DNA of 64,000 bases from Candidatus Omnitrophota bacterium. GTDB taxonomy: Bacteria; Ratteibacteria; UBA8468; MWAK01. Positions 21,563 to 30,759 of the stretch are shown here, piece by piece. The stretch covers positions 32,001 to 96,000 of the forward strand of contig JBDRQI010000004.1 of the NCBI GenBank assembly GCA_043826355.1. Direction: 5' to 3'. Under the pieces are notes generated by a model. The model was not told where the DNA came from and searched no databases. It saw nothing but the letters and a program-made list of their open reading frames with translations. Both the position numbers and the translations under genes were made by a program. The stretch's first letter is position 1. Each line of letters starts with the position of its first letter.

Positions 21563-22588
21563 TTAATTTGATTTCGATATTTGGTGCTTATCCGGGCTGT
21601 TGTTTTGGTTAGCGTTTCTGCCTTCCAGATTGTACTTCTTCCTGCGTTCTAACGTCAATCGTTTTTTCTCCTGCCTTTTTTGCAGAACCACCTCCTTCCT
21701 GCCGGCGTAGACGTCGTTTGGGCAGACGTTGGCCTGGGATTCGTGCGGGGTAATGTTGTAGGCGGTTATCGCCGCGTCTATGGCCTTCTTTAACTCCTCC
21801 GGGGAGCAGTAGACCATCAGGCAGAGATTTTCTTTAATCCGGCGGTTAAACCGCTCAATCTTGCCCCGGCCCTGCGGGTGGTATGGGGTGCCCAAGATAT
21901 GTCTGATCCCGTGGTTTGAGAGATATTTATCCATCAGTTTTGAGGTAAAGCCCGGTCCGTTGTCAGTGTAAAGGCGCGGCATCTCTTCCCTCTCTATCAG
22001 GTGGCCTTCCTTCCGGGCGTTTTCCACCGCCATTTTCACTATGTCGGCGAAGGAGAAGGCGGTCTCGTCTGCCTTTAAGTCCCAGGCGATTATCTTCCGG
22101 GAGAAGTCATCTTCCACCGGGATGAGTTTGTAGTAACCCCAGCCGACAATGAAAAGACTGGTGGCGTCGCACTGCCAGATTTCATCCGGGCCTTTTGTCT
22201 TGTGCCGCCATTCCTTGGCGGCCGGCATCTCCGGCAGAGGCCGGGGTGCGATGAGGTTGTTTTCCTTGAGGATCCGGTAGACGGTGGATTCGGAAATGGA
22301 GAAATCTTCCTGGTCGGTAATCTGGATGGCCAGGAGCCGGGGTGATAATTCCGGGTGGAGACGGGCAATCTCAAGGACCCTGTTCTCTTCGGAAGCCGCA
22401 AGCCTGTTCCAGACCCTCTTCGGACCCGGTTTTGTCTTGGCCAAGCCGGAAACGCCGTTTTCGTCATAGGCCTTTCGCCACTTGTAATAGGTGGCGCGAG
22501 GAATTTTAAGTTCCCCCAGCATCTGGGAACGCTGGCCCTGTTTTCCTTCCACCTTTTTTATCAGGTCTTCCCGCATATGTTCATTCAT
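21563..22588 (-). CDS. IS3-family transposase OrfB (DDE/rve)
   Basis: WQCD, DDFSR, TDNG, HPQGRGKIERF. Confidence 0.9.
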   Translation of the reverse strand: MNEHMREDLIKKVEGKQGQRSQMLGELKIPRATYYKWRKAYDENGVSGLAKTKPGPKRVWNRLAASEENRVLEIARLHPELSPRLLAIQITDQEDFSISESTVYRILKENNLIAPRPLPEMPAAKEWRHKTKGPDEIWQCDATSLFIVGWGYYKLIPVEDDFSRKIIAWDLKADETAFSFADIVKMAVENARKEGHLIEREEMPRLYTDNGPGFTSKLMDKYLSNHGIRHILGTPYHPQGRGKIERFNRRIKENLCLMVYCSPEELKKAIDAAITAYNITPHESQANVCPNDVYAGRKEVVLQKRQEKKRLTLERRKKYNLEGRNANQNNSPDKHQISKSN

Positions 22589-22608
22589 ACGATTGTGCCA
22601 CTTCCGGG

Positions 22609-22989
22609 TTACGATTTCAGACTTTTTTTAAAGATTTGAATCTTCAAGGCTTGGTCTCCCACCAGTTCTTTAAGGCGGGCGTTTTCTTCCCGCAGGTGTT
22701 TTACTTCTCCGCCGGTGGCATCACGCAGGGAGTCCCTCTTCAGCCGTGCCTTGCCTGCCTCCATGAAGTCCTTCAGCCAGGTGTAGTAAATAGCGCTGGA
22801 GATGCTTTCCCTGCGGCAGAGGTCTGAGACGGGGATCTCCTTGCGGAAGCCTTCCAGGACAATCCTGATCTTGTCTTCGGCGGAGAACTTCCGGCGGGTA
22901 TAGCGGCGTACTTCGCGGATGAGCCGGGCGGCGCTGCCAGGGGCAGCTACTTCATTTTCTTTCTCTAAAACCAAGGTGGATTCTTCCAT
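22609..22989 (-). CDS. IS3-family transposase OrfA (HTH)
   Basis: RRKFSAEDKIRIVLEG..LCRRE.I..YYTW; leucine-zipper-like tail. Confidence 0.88.
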   Translation of the reverse strand: MEESTLVLEKENEVAAPGSAARLIREVRRYTRRKFSAEDKIRIVLEGFRKEIPVSDLCRRESISSAIYYTWLKDFMEAGKARLKRDSLRDATGGEVKHLREENARLKELVGDQALKIQIFKKSLKS

Positions 22990-23123
22990 TTTTCTCCTTT
23001 CGGACAGGTTATCATTATAACCTGCCCAATCCACCCGAACCAAGATTAAAGATCACAAACTAAAAAAGAACCCGGTTTGTCTACTAATTGCTGAAGATGT
23101 ACATTTTCTAATATAATTGGAAT

Positions 23124-23282
23124 CTCCATTTGCCCATCAAGGGGAAATATTTTAGCCTGATATTTTGTCTTATTTTATTATATTTTGCTCAGTTGTATCT
23201 AGTTGTCAATTAAAGGGTTGTTCCTCATTCAGTGCACCAAACAAATTTTATCATCCCATCAGGACAGGGTCAAGGTTTTGCA
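23124..23282 (-). repeat. ~160 bp promoter-bearing direct repeat, copy 1
   Basis: 66 bp identical core (23188-23253 = 29041-29106); TTGACC-17-TAAAAT on the minus strand. Confidence 0.85.
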
Positions 23283-23344
23283 TAAGGGGAGGTTCGCTTT
23301 AACAACCCCGTTTTATCTAACGAAGATGTGAATATAAGAAAGAC

Positions 23345-23512
23345 ACTTAAAGAGTTCTGGGAGTTTGCCATGCGGGGCAACGTCCTTGACATGGCTATCG
23401 ATATTATCATCGCGTTTTTGGGAAAATCATCACCTCGCTGGTCAAAATAATATTTTGATGTCGCCCATCGGCGCTTTGCTGGGCAAGGCGGATTTTTCAA
23501 ATTTTTTCTTTA
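23345..23512 (+). pseudogene. mscL: Frameshifted 5' fragment of mechanosensitive channel MscL
   Basis: LKEFWEFAMRGNVLDMAI then, in shifted frames, GKIITSL and NILMSPIGALLGKADFSN. Confidence 0.8.
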
Positions 23513-24216
23513 CCGTTCATTATGTGTCGGTATGCGGGAAAGTGCTTTTTTACAATACTGCGGATATCGGATTCTTCCCTGACGCTTCCTTTCTCCATCA
23601 AGGCCCCGGAAGAAGCTATCTTGTTCACAAAAAGAATATCGTGCGTTACAACAACGAACGTCGTGTATTCTTTTAAACTGGTCAGCCATTTCCCGAATTC
23701 ATCGCTTGTATTAACGTCAAGGGCTGAAGTAGGTTCGTCAAGCAGGAGATATTCCGGTTTGAGCATAAGCGACCGTGCGATGGTGGCTCTTTGCGCCTGG
23801 CCCCCGCTTATGGCCGACGGGTAACTGTCTTTCAGGTACGCTATCCCCAGGGTTTCAAGCATGGCGGCGGCTTCTTCCCGCGCGGTGCGTTCGCTCTTCC
23901 CGAGAACCTTCATCGGGGCCAGAATCATGTTTTGAAGCACGTTCAGGTGAGGAAAAAGAAACAACTGCTGGAAAACGATGCTGACGGATTTCCTGAACTC
24001 TTTTTCTTCAATTTCGTAAATGTTCCTGCCCTTAAGGGTTATGCTGCCGGAATGCGGCCGGAGGAATTTGCCGATACATTTCAGCAGGGTGGTCTTGCCG
24101 GAGCCGCTTTCCCCCAGGATAGCGTAAATATGACCGGCGGGAATGCTGAGATTTACATTTGACAGAACCTGCGGGCCGCCGGAATATTTGAAAGAAATGT
24201 TTTTAATTTCAATCAT
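23497..24216 (-). CDS. Polar amino-acid ABC transporter ATPase
   Basis: GESGSGKT, ISGGQAQR, LLLDEPTSALD. Confidence 0.9.
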   Translation of the reverse strand: MIEIKNISFKYSGGPQVLSNVNLSIPAGHIYAILGESGSGKTTLLKCIGKFLRPHSGSITLKGRNIYEIEEKEFRKSVSIVFQQLFLFPHLNVLQNMILAPMKVLGKSERTAREEAAAMLETLGIAYLKDSYPSAISGGQAQRATIARSLMLKPEYLLLDEPTSALDVNTSDEFGKWLTSLKEYTTFVVVTHDILFVNKIASSGALMEKGSVREESDIRSIVKKHFPAYRHIMNGKEKI

Positions 24217-25648
24217 GGCTGAAACCCCTTTGCTTGATTTTTCTTTCCACCCTTCCGGCCAGTTTCATAAGCGGGAAGGTAAAGGCGAAAAACATCACCG
24301 CAACGATAAAATAATATTTCATCGGGTTGTAGGTCACGCTGATAATGGATTGGGCTTCGCGTATCACTTCGCTTACGCAAATAACGGAAATTAAGGTCGT
24401 GTCCTTGAGAAACGCGACTACGGAGTTCATTAAAGGAGGCAGGGCAACCCGGAATGCCTGCGGTCCTACCACAAACCTGAATACCTGCAGTTTGGAGAGG
24501 CCGAGCGCGCGTCCCGCCAGCGTCTGTCCGCGGTCGACGGACATCAGCCCGGAACGCACCACCTCCGCGATGTAAGCCGCCGAATTCAGGGTCAGGGTAA
24601 TAATCGCCGATTGGATGGGAGAAAGCGTCACCCCTATCTGGGGAGCGCCGAAATAAACGAAAAAGAGCTGTATCAGCAAAGGAGTGCCGCGCACAAAATC
24701 GTTTGCAAGCCGGAAAACTCCGTGGAATAAAAAGCGGGTGTTGTTCAGGATAATCCCCCACGGCAAAGCCAGCGCAAACCCTAAGGCGAGGGATACGAAT
24801 GCCACCAGCAGCGTAATCCCGAACCCTTTGGCAAGTTTTCGCGTGATTACCGAACCGCTCATTCCTGCCTGTTCTTTTGTCCCTTCTTTTCTCTCCCCGG
24901 CGCCGAACCATTTTTCGTAAACTTCGTTCAGGCCGCCCGTTTTTTCCAGGTAAAACACCGCTTCATTGATCTGTTTAAGCAGTAAGACGTCGTCTTTCCT
25001 TGTCGGAATACCGATTTTTTCGCGGTACAACAGAGGTCCGACAGCCACAAACGGCATCTCGGCCGAACATATCTGGTATAAACCCACAAGTTTATCCGTA
25101 ACGAACCCGTCAAGCCGTCCAATAAGCATATCCTGAAAAATATCAACGGTGCTTTTGTACGGCACCGTTTCAATTCGGGGATAATTTTTTTCAAGGTAAT
25201 ATTCGTAGGTTTCTCCAACCCCCACCCCCACCTTTTTCCCGCGAAGGTCGGCAATATTTCTTATTTCATCCGAACGGTCGGAACGGATAAAAAGCTGGGC
25301 GCCGGACGTGTAATAAGGCGCGGAAAAGTTTACCTGCTTCTCCCTTTCCGGGGTTATAGCCATGGAACCTATTATGGCATCGTACTTGCGTGCCAGGAGC
25401 CCGGCCAGAATTCCGTCCCATTCCGTGGTGACGAATACCGCTCTCTTACCCAGACGTGAGGCAATCTTTTCCGATACATCAACGTCAAAACCGGCAAGGG
25501 TCCCCTCGTGGGAGTAAAAACTGAACGGCGGGTACTTTCCGGTCAGGGCAACCCTGAGGACACCGTTATCCCCGCCGGAAGCGCAATAGGTCCAACACGG
25601 GAAAAAAGCGGCAGTCAGAAAAAGCAGAGAGATAAAAAGTTTTTTCAT
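24209..25648 (-). CDS. Fused amino-acid substrate-binding protein and HisM-type permease
   Basis: YPPFSF..GFDVD..WDGILAGL (SBP family 3) followed by RGTPLLIQL, AYIAEVVR. Confidence 0.9.
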   Translation of the reverse strand: MKKLFISLLFLTAAFFPCWTYCASGGDNGVLRVALTGKYPPFSFYSHEGTLAGFDVDVSEKIASRLGKRAVFVTTEWDGILAGLLARKYDAIIGSMAITPEREKQVNFSAPYYTSGAQLFIRSDRSDEIRNIADLRGKKVGVGVGETYEYYLEKNYPRIETVPYKSTVDIFQDMLIGRLDGFVTDKLVGLYQICSAEMPFVAVGPLLYREKIGIPTRKDDVLLLKQINEAVFYLEKTGGLNEVYEKWFGAGERKEGTKEQAGMSGSVITRKLAKGFGITLLVAFVSLALGFALALPWGIILNNTRFLFHGVFRLANDFVRGTPLLIQLFFVYFGAPQIGVTLSPIQSAIITLTLNSAAYIAEVVRSGLMSVDRGQTLAGRALGLSKLQVFRFVVGPQAFRVALPPLMNSVVAFLKDTTLISVICVSEVIREAQSIISVTYNPMKYYFIVAVMFFAFTFPLMKLAGRVERKIKQRGFSHD

Positions 25649-27495
25649 TTGAATATTTTCTCGTAAAGCATGAAATGGCGGCCGGCGCCGTAAAAATCAC
25701 TAACGGCAAGGTTTTCGCATACCCGCACCGTCTTTCCCTGGCGGCGGCTTATGTTTGAGTACCCCATCCTCTCAAACAGTTTCCGGGACGGGGTGTTACG
25801 TGGGTCGATGGTCAGCCGAATCTTTTTGCATCCGCAATCTTTCGCTTTCTTTTCGGCCCGGGCTACCAGTTTTGCGCCCATTCCTTTTTTGCGCATAAAC
25901 GGCGCCACGCCGACCTGCCAGAGGAAATACGTGTCGGGCAAAGTACGGGATACCACCCCCAGGAGAAATCCCGCTATTGTCTTGCCGCACCGGACAACAA
26001 AACACGTTTTGCCGAAATATCTGAACATAATTCTGTAAATATGTTCCGGATAGCTTTCCAGCGGAGGGGACGAGGCGGCAAAACGGCTTACTTCCGCGGC
26101 GTCCCGTTCTTTGGGGGAGCCGATTCTAATCTTGCGGTATTTCCGCGCAAAAGCGAAGACTTTTTTTGTTTTACCGGTGATGAGTTCTTTTGAACCGATA
26201 TCCTTTCTGTAATGGAAGCTTCCTTTCACGGAAGCAATCGCGCGGTCCACTCTTTCGGCTGCTTCCGAAATTGTATTTCCGGATGCGGCAAAAGCAATTC
26301 CCCGTTCCGTGCCCACGTCCAAACCGCCATTCTTTCCCCGGCCGCAACTGTAATAAGCGCTGACATCCAATTCCCTTAAAAATCCGGGCGGGAAGGAAAC
26401 GCGGAGCGTTTCGTTAAGCCGGCCGGGATAAGCGGGGGGCACGATATACTTGCATACGGTCGCTTTCTTCTCAAACGAAAGAATCGGGCGGCCGGAAGAA
26501 AGCAAACTCGCGGCAATATCAGCGACGTCATTTTTCATAATCAGGAGGGTGTTGAGCCACTCGGGGTCTCCAGGACGAAAATTATATTCAATCAACTTTA
26601 TCCCGGAGGCCGTTATCATAAACTGGCCGTAAAGAAAACCGGCGCAATCTTCTCCCGTTTCCCTGCGCAAGGCATCCACGGTGGCGCGCATTATTTCAAG
26701 CGCTGCGGCATAATCGCATTCCCGCATAAAAGGAAGCAGGTAACCGGCGCAGGAATACGCCCCCATCCCCGCGGTGTTCGGCCCGCGCTCCCCGGAAAGA
26801 AGTTTTTTAAAATCCTGCACCGCCGGGGTGCAGACCAGGTTGCCGCCCGCAACAAAAGATTGAACCGTAAATTCTTCGCCTTCAAGTTTTTCTTCTACGA
26901 GAACTTCCTTTTTCCCGCCGATTTTCCCGTTTAACACCCTGCGTATATACGCAGACACATCGGTCCTGTCCTTCAATTGGTTGCCGTAAACCCTTACCCC
27001 CAGGCCTTCGGTCAAACCGGACGGTTTTACGGCAACGCGCCAGTCCATTTTTTTTGCAAACTTAACCGCCGGTTCCGTTTCGGTGAAAATACCGAATTTC
27101 GGCACGCCGTCAATAGCGTATTTGAGCAACAGCCGGCGCGCGAAAGATTTATCGGATTCAAGCCGCGCCGCATTTTTAGAAGGACCAAACACCGGAATCT
27201 CTTTTTCCTTCAACGCATCGACCAGCCCTTCCGAAAGCGGTTTTGCGGTCGTAACCAGAACCAGGTCGGGAACGACCCGTTGGGCGTAACGGGTTATTCT
27301 CTTTATGTCTGAAAAATCACCCGTCGTCCATCCGGCCGCCAGGGAAGTTATTCCCGGATTTTCGGTGTCCATATATGCAAAAACATCGGTCCCTCCGGAG
27401 CGCAACAGGTTTTCCGCGGTCGCCTGTTCTTTCGCCCAACTCCCCACAATCAGAATTCTTCTTCTATTTTTTTTCGGGTGTTTTTGCATTTCCAC
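25645..27495 (-). CDS. PurD-like ATP-grasp ligase fused to an EctA-like GNAT acetyltransferase
   Basis: [41 protein letters not shown]-terminal [29 protein letters not shown]. Confidence 0.8.
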   Translation of the reverse strand: MEMQKHPKKNRRRILIVGSWAKEQATAENLLRSGGTDVFAYMDTENPGITSLAAGWTTGDFSDIKRITRYAQRVVPDLVLVTTAKPLSEGLVDALKEKEIPVFGPSKNAARLESDKSFARRLLLKYAIDGVPKFGIFTETEPAVKFAKKMDWRVAVKPSGLTEGLGVRVYGNQLKDRTDVSAYIRRVLNGKIGGKKEVLVEEKLEGEEFTVQSFVAGGNLVCTPAVQDFKKLLSGERGPNTAGMGAYSCAGYLLPFMRECDYAAALEIMRATVDALRRETGEDCAGFLYGQFMITASGIKLIEYNFRPGDPEWLNTLLIMKNDVADIAASLLSSGRPILSFEKKATVCKYIVPPAYPGRLNETLRVSFPPGFLRELDVSAYYSCGRGKNGGLDVGTERGIAFAASGNTISEAAERVDRAIASVKGSFHYRKDIGSKELITGKTKKVFAFARKYRKIRIGSPKERDAAEVSRFAASSPPLESYPEHIYRIMFRYFGKTCFVVRCGKTIAGFLLGVVSRTLPDTYFLWQVGVAPFMRKKGMGAKLVARAEKKAKDCGCKKIRLTIDPRNTPSRKLFERMGYSNISRRQGKTVRVCENLAVSDFYGAGRHFMLYEKIFK

Positions 27496-28810
27496 GCTTT
27501 ACATCCCTCCTTTTTATCCTTTCCGTATGCCCGGGCGTGAGCGAAATCGTTTTGTCGTAATTGGACAACAACTTCCCGATGCCGGTGGGGTTCCATTCTT
27601 CGGCGCCCTCAAGGTTTAATTGAAGTTTACAAACCGCGCAATTCCGGTCGCAAAAGATGGGTTTGTAAGAATCGGGTTCCTTATAAGTAGTTATAACTCC
27701 CTCGTAATTTCTAAGCACTATTTTGTTTGTGGACCACGAAATGATATAATTGGGCAGAATCGGTATTTTGCCGCCGCCGCCCGGAGCGTCTATCACGTAC
27801 CTGGGCACGGCAAATCCGCTGGTATGGCCGATCATGCTCTCGATGATTTCTATGCCTTTTCCGACCGGGGTGCGAAAATGGTTCAATCCTTCGGAGAGGT
27901 CGCATTGGTAAAGATAATAGGGCCTAACCCTGTTTTGCACCAACTTGTGGCAGAGACGCTGCATAATGCGCGGGCAGTCGTTCACTTCCGAAAGAAGCAC
28001 CGTCTGATTTCCGAGAGGGATTCCGGCGTCCGCCATCTTCGCCAAAGATTCTCTTGAAGATGCGGTTATTTCTCGCGGGTGGTTGAAATGGGTATTGACC
28101 CATACGGGATGATACTTTTTAAGTATTTCCACCAGCGTTCCGGTGACGCGGTAAGGAAGCACCACGGGCATTCGTGTCCCTATTCTTATAATTTCAACAT
28201 GGGGTATTTTTCTCAAAGAAGAAAGTATCCAATCCAATCTTTCATCCGGAAGCATCAACGGGTCGCCTCCGGAAAGGAGCACGTCCCGGATTGCGGGAGT
28301 TTTTCTGATGTAGCGCAAGCCTTCTTCTGTCTGTTTTTTTGAAGGCAGGTAATCAACGTCGCCCACGCGCCTTTTACGCGTGCAGTGCCGGCAATACATC
28401 GCGCACATATTGCTGACGAGAAAAAGCACCCTGTCCGGATACCGGTGCGTGATAATTCCTCCGCCCTGGCTGTCCGCATCTTCCGCAAGCGGGTCTTTCA
28501 TATCTTCGGGAATTACCTCAAATTCACGGATATCCGGAATGGATTGCTTGTAAATGGGGTCGTTTTTGTAAGAGGCAGTATCTATAAGCGACAAGTAATA
28601 GGGGGTCACCGCAAGCGGAAATTTATCAAGGGTTTTTTTTATCTTCTTTTTTTCCTGAACGGGAAAACGGATGCCGAGCACTCTTTCGACGGTGTCCGCG
28701 TCCCGCACCGAATTCCTGACCTGCCATCGCCAATCACGCCAGTTAATAAGAGCGTCGTTAGAAATCCTTTCCGCAATTATTTTTTGTCTTCGCGGGTATG
28801 ATTTTTTCAT
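27464..28810 (-). CDS. ablA: Lysine 2,3-aminomutase (KamA/AblA-type radical SAM enzyme)
   Basis: [30 protein letters not shown]-terminal CDRNCAVC. Confidence 0.88.
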   Translation of the reverse strand: MKKSYPRRQKIIAERISNDALINWRDWRWQVRNSVRDADTVERVLGIRFPVQEKKKIKKTLDKFPLAVTPYYLSLIDTASYKNDPIYKQSIPDIREFEVIPEDMKDPLAEDADSQGGGIITHRYPDRVLFLVSNMCAMYCRHCTRKRRVGDVDYLPSKKQTEEGLRYIRKTPAIRDVLLSGGDPLMLPDERLDWILSSLRKIPHVEIIRIGTRMPVVLPYRVTGTLVEILKKYHPVWVNTHFNHPREITASSRESLAKMADAGIPLGNQTVLLSEVNDCPRIMQRLCHKLVQNRVRPYYLYQCDLSEGLNHFRTPVGKGIEIIESMIGHTSGFAVPRYVIDAPGGGGKIPILPNYIISWSTNKIVLRNYEGVITTYKEPDSYKPIFCDRNCAVCKLQLNLEGAEEWNPTGIGKLLSNYDKTISLTPGHTERIKRRDVKRGNAKTPEKK

Positions 28811-28935
28811 AAGCGGGGACGTTTTACCGGCAAATAAATCATGCGAATGAATACCGGCGGGTTTTGATTATCAATTACCTTGCGGTTTTGCGTATAGGAG
28901 AAATTTGTTTTGGATTTTTGTGCTTGCTGGAAATT

Positions 28936-28964
28936 ATAATACCATTTTCGTAAAAAAATGTCAA
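28936..28964 (-). promoter_or_regulatory. Sigma70 promoter upstream of the aminomutase operon
   Basis: TTGACA-17-TATTAT with TG extension on the minus strand. Confidence 0.6.
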
Positions 28965-28978
28965 TTTTAATCAGGATA

Positions 28979-29135
28979 CTCCATTTATCCCTCAACAAGA
29001 GATATTTTAGCCTGATAGTCTGCTTTTTTATTATATTTTACTCAGTTGTATCTAGTTGTCAATTAAAGGGTTGTTCCTCATTCAGTGCACCAAACAAATT
29101 TTATCACCCTGCCAGGATACGGTCAAGGTTTTGCA
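28979..29135 (-). repeat. ~160 bp promoter-bearing direct repeat, copy 2
   Basis: Matches 23124-23282. Confidence 0.85.
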
Positions 29136-29291
29136 GTCTAAAACTACGACACAGGGGCGGGGTAAATTATTTCTTGTGTTGGCATGACCTTACCCCGTCT
29201 TTATGACCACCTTTTTTAGAGTGCAGAGCAAAAATTTTTAACCTGATGCTCCGCCTTGATCTGTAGAAATTGCATCGTTTCGGTCTCTTGG

Positions 29292-30188
29292 TTACTTGCT
29301 GCCTACACCTATAAACGGAAGAGGAACGTTTCCGGTAATTGTCTGCGGCAACACCCCGTCCCATTTTTCAAGAGCGGCACGCTGCACCTCTATCTCTCTC
29401 AGTCTTAGCAGTTCCGCGGTTACGTTTTGCCTCTGCAGCCTTAATGATTCTGCTTCTGCTTTTGCCGATTCTATCGTTTGAGCTGCTTCAATTTTAATTC
29501 TTTCTAAATCCCTTTCTGCTTTTAAGGCTTTCTGGGAAGCAATTACTTTTTCTTCGATCGCGCTTGAGAATTCCGGAGAGAATTGGAACTCAGTTATAGA
29601 CAGAGTCTGCATCACTATTCCATATTCGGCTATTCTTTCTCCTAAACTTTTTTCGATCTGTTCTTTAACGATAGGTCTTTTTGTTATAAGTTCTTCTGCT
29701 TCAAAGTCAGCGGTTGCTGCCTTGACAGACTCGTGAATTGCAGGGAAAACAACTCTGTCCAGATAATCATCCCGCAACTCCTGATAAATTCCGGCTACCT
29801 TGGTGCGGTCCAGCGCATAGTTCAGGGTAACTTCTGTTTTGACATCCTGTAAATCTTTTGATGCGGAAGTAGCCGAAACAACATAAGCCCTGGTTTGAAC
29901 ATTAGCGAAAACAACGCTCTCAACCAAAGGAGTTACCAGGTAAATTCCCTCGTTTAAGACCCGTCCCGTTACTCCGCCGAACCTTAAAACAATCCCCCTG
30001 TATCCGGCGGGAACGGCTCCTACCGCTTGAAACAAGCCCAAGAAAAGGAATCCTGCGATAATTGCAAACGCAAGAGGTTTCTGTTTTAATTGGGTTTCGT
30101 TTCCTTCCATCAACCTGCTTACGAGCCCGCTTTTCCACAAACCTATTCCTACCACTACCAAAAAAATCACAAACTTTAATATCGTCAT
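29292..30188 (-). CDS. SPFH/prohibitin family membrane protein
   Basis: VPAGYRGIV..FG, SKDLQDV, FSSAIEEKVIASQ. Confidence 0.9.
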   Translation of the reverse strand: MTILKFVIFLVVVGIGLWKSGLVSRLMEGNETQLKQKPLAFAIIAGFLFLGLFQAVGAVPAGYRGIVLRFGGVTGRVLNEGIYLVTPLVESVVFANVQTRAYVVSATSASKDLQDVKTEVTLNYALDRTKVAGIYQELRDDYLDRVVFPAIHESVKAATADFEAEELITKRPIVKEQIEKSLGERIAEYGIVMQTLSITEFQFSPEFSSAIEEKVIASQKALKAERDLERIKIEAAQTIESAKAEAESLRLQRQNVTAELLRLREIEVQRAALEKWDGVLPQTITGNVPLPFIGVGSK

Positions 30189-30277
30189 TTTATTCCCTCC
30201 TCATTTTTTTCTTACAGTTTTCCGGAAGTTTTTAACGGCTGGGTTTTTCCCCAAGCGGACAAAACTTAGCTGACGTT

Positions 30278-30384
30278 CCCCACTTACTTACCAAAAGGAA
30301 ATATTTTAACCTGATACCCTGCTTTAAGTATCCTCTATTTTACTCCACTACTGTCCAACTGTCAACTGCACGAAGTGCCTCATC
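30278..30384 (-). repeat. Diverged third copy of the promoter-bearing repeat
   Basis: AAATATTTTAACCTGATA, TATTTTACTC, TGTCAA and CCTCAT blocks in the same order; TTGACA-17-TAAAAT on the minus strand. Confidence 0.6.
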
Positions 30385-30453
30385 AAAAATCTACTCGAAA
30401 CCGTTTCAATAAAATAAAATTCTGGCGGGGTTTGGCACCGGCAGGTGGAAATG

Positions 30454-30759
30454 TTATGCTATAGCAGGTGCGACAGCACCAAGCAATTGCCGGACCTGGG
30501 AGAGGAAGCGGTCAGGGCAGGGGAGGGCTTCCAGCCAGTTGAAGGTTCGAAAATCGTCCTGCCTGGTTTTTTCCCAGGGATTTGGACACCGGTGGCCAGA
30601 AATGTTATTCTATCCTAGGCGAACGGCACCGTCTGGTCCCAGATGTTAAATGGGAACCGCGGTGGCTTCGAGCAATTGCTGAATCTGAGACAAAAACACC
30701 TCGGGCTTTGGGAAGGTTTCGGCGCTGATAAAGGTTCGAATATCGTCCCACCCTCTCCG
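30454..30759 (-). pseudogene. Two tandem orphan recombinase C-terminal tails
   Basis: 30646-30759 RRGWDDIRTFISAETFPKPEVFLSQIQQLL; 30454-30564 RQDDFRTFNWLEALPCPDRFLSQVRQLL. Confidence 0.65.

Larger units (their letters stand above)
21530..23103 (-). mobile_element. IS3-family insertion sequence, complete
   Basis: Imperfect IRs TGTATATCTTCAG / TGTACATCTTCAG; orfA and orfB with an A7G slippery site. Confidence 0.9.
19491..29230. mobile_element. Cargo element with ~48 bp terminal inverted repeats and no cognate transposase
   Basis: TGCTCTGCACTCTAAAGAAAGGTGGTCCTAAAGACGGGGGAAGGTCAT at 19491 versus the reverse complement of 29184-29230 (2 mismatches, 1 indel); TG...CA ends. Confidence 0.75.

Noticed and set aside
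23124..29135. Classical integron attC sites or a known riboswitch in the 160 bp repeat
   Set aside because: No RYYYAAC/GTTRRRY palindromic ends, no intI gene, and no riboswitch consensus that I can recognise
30300..30330. Xer/dif site in the TTTTAACCTGA motif
   Set aside because: Only a partial resemblance to a XerD arm, with no XerC arm at 6 bp spacing
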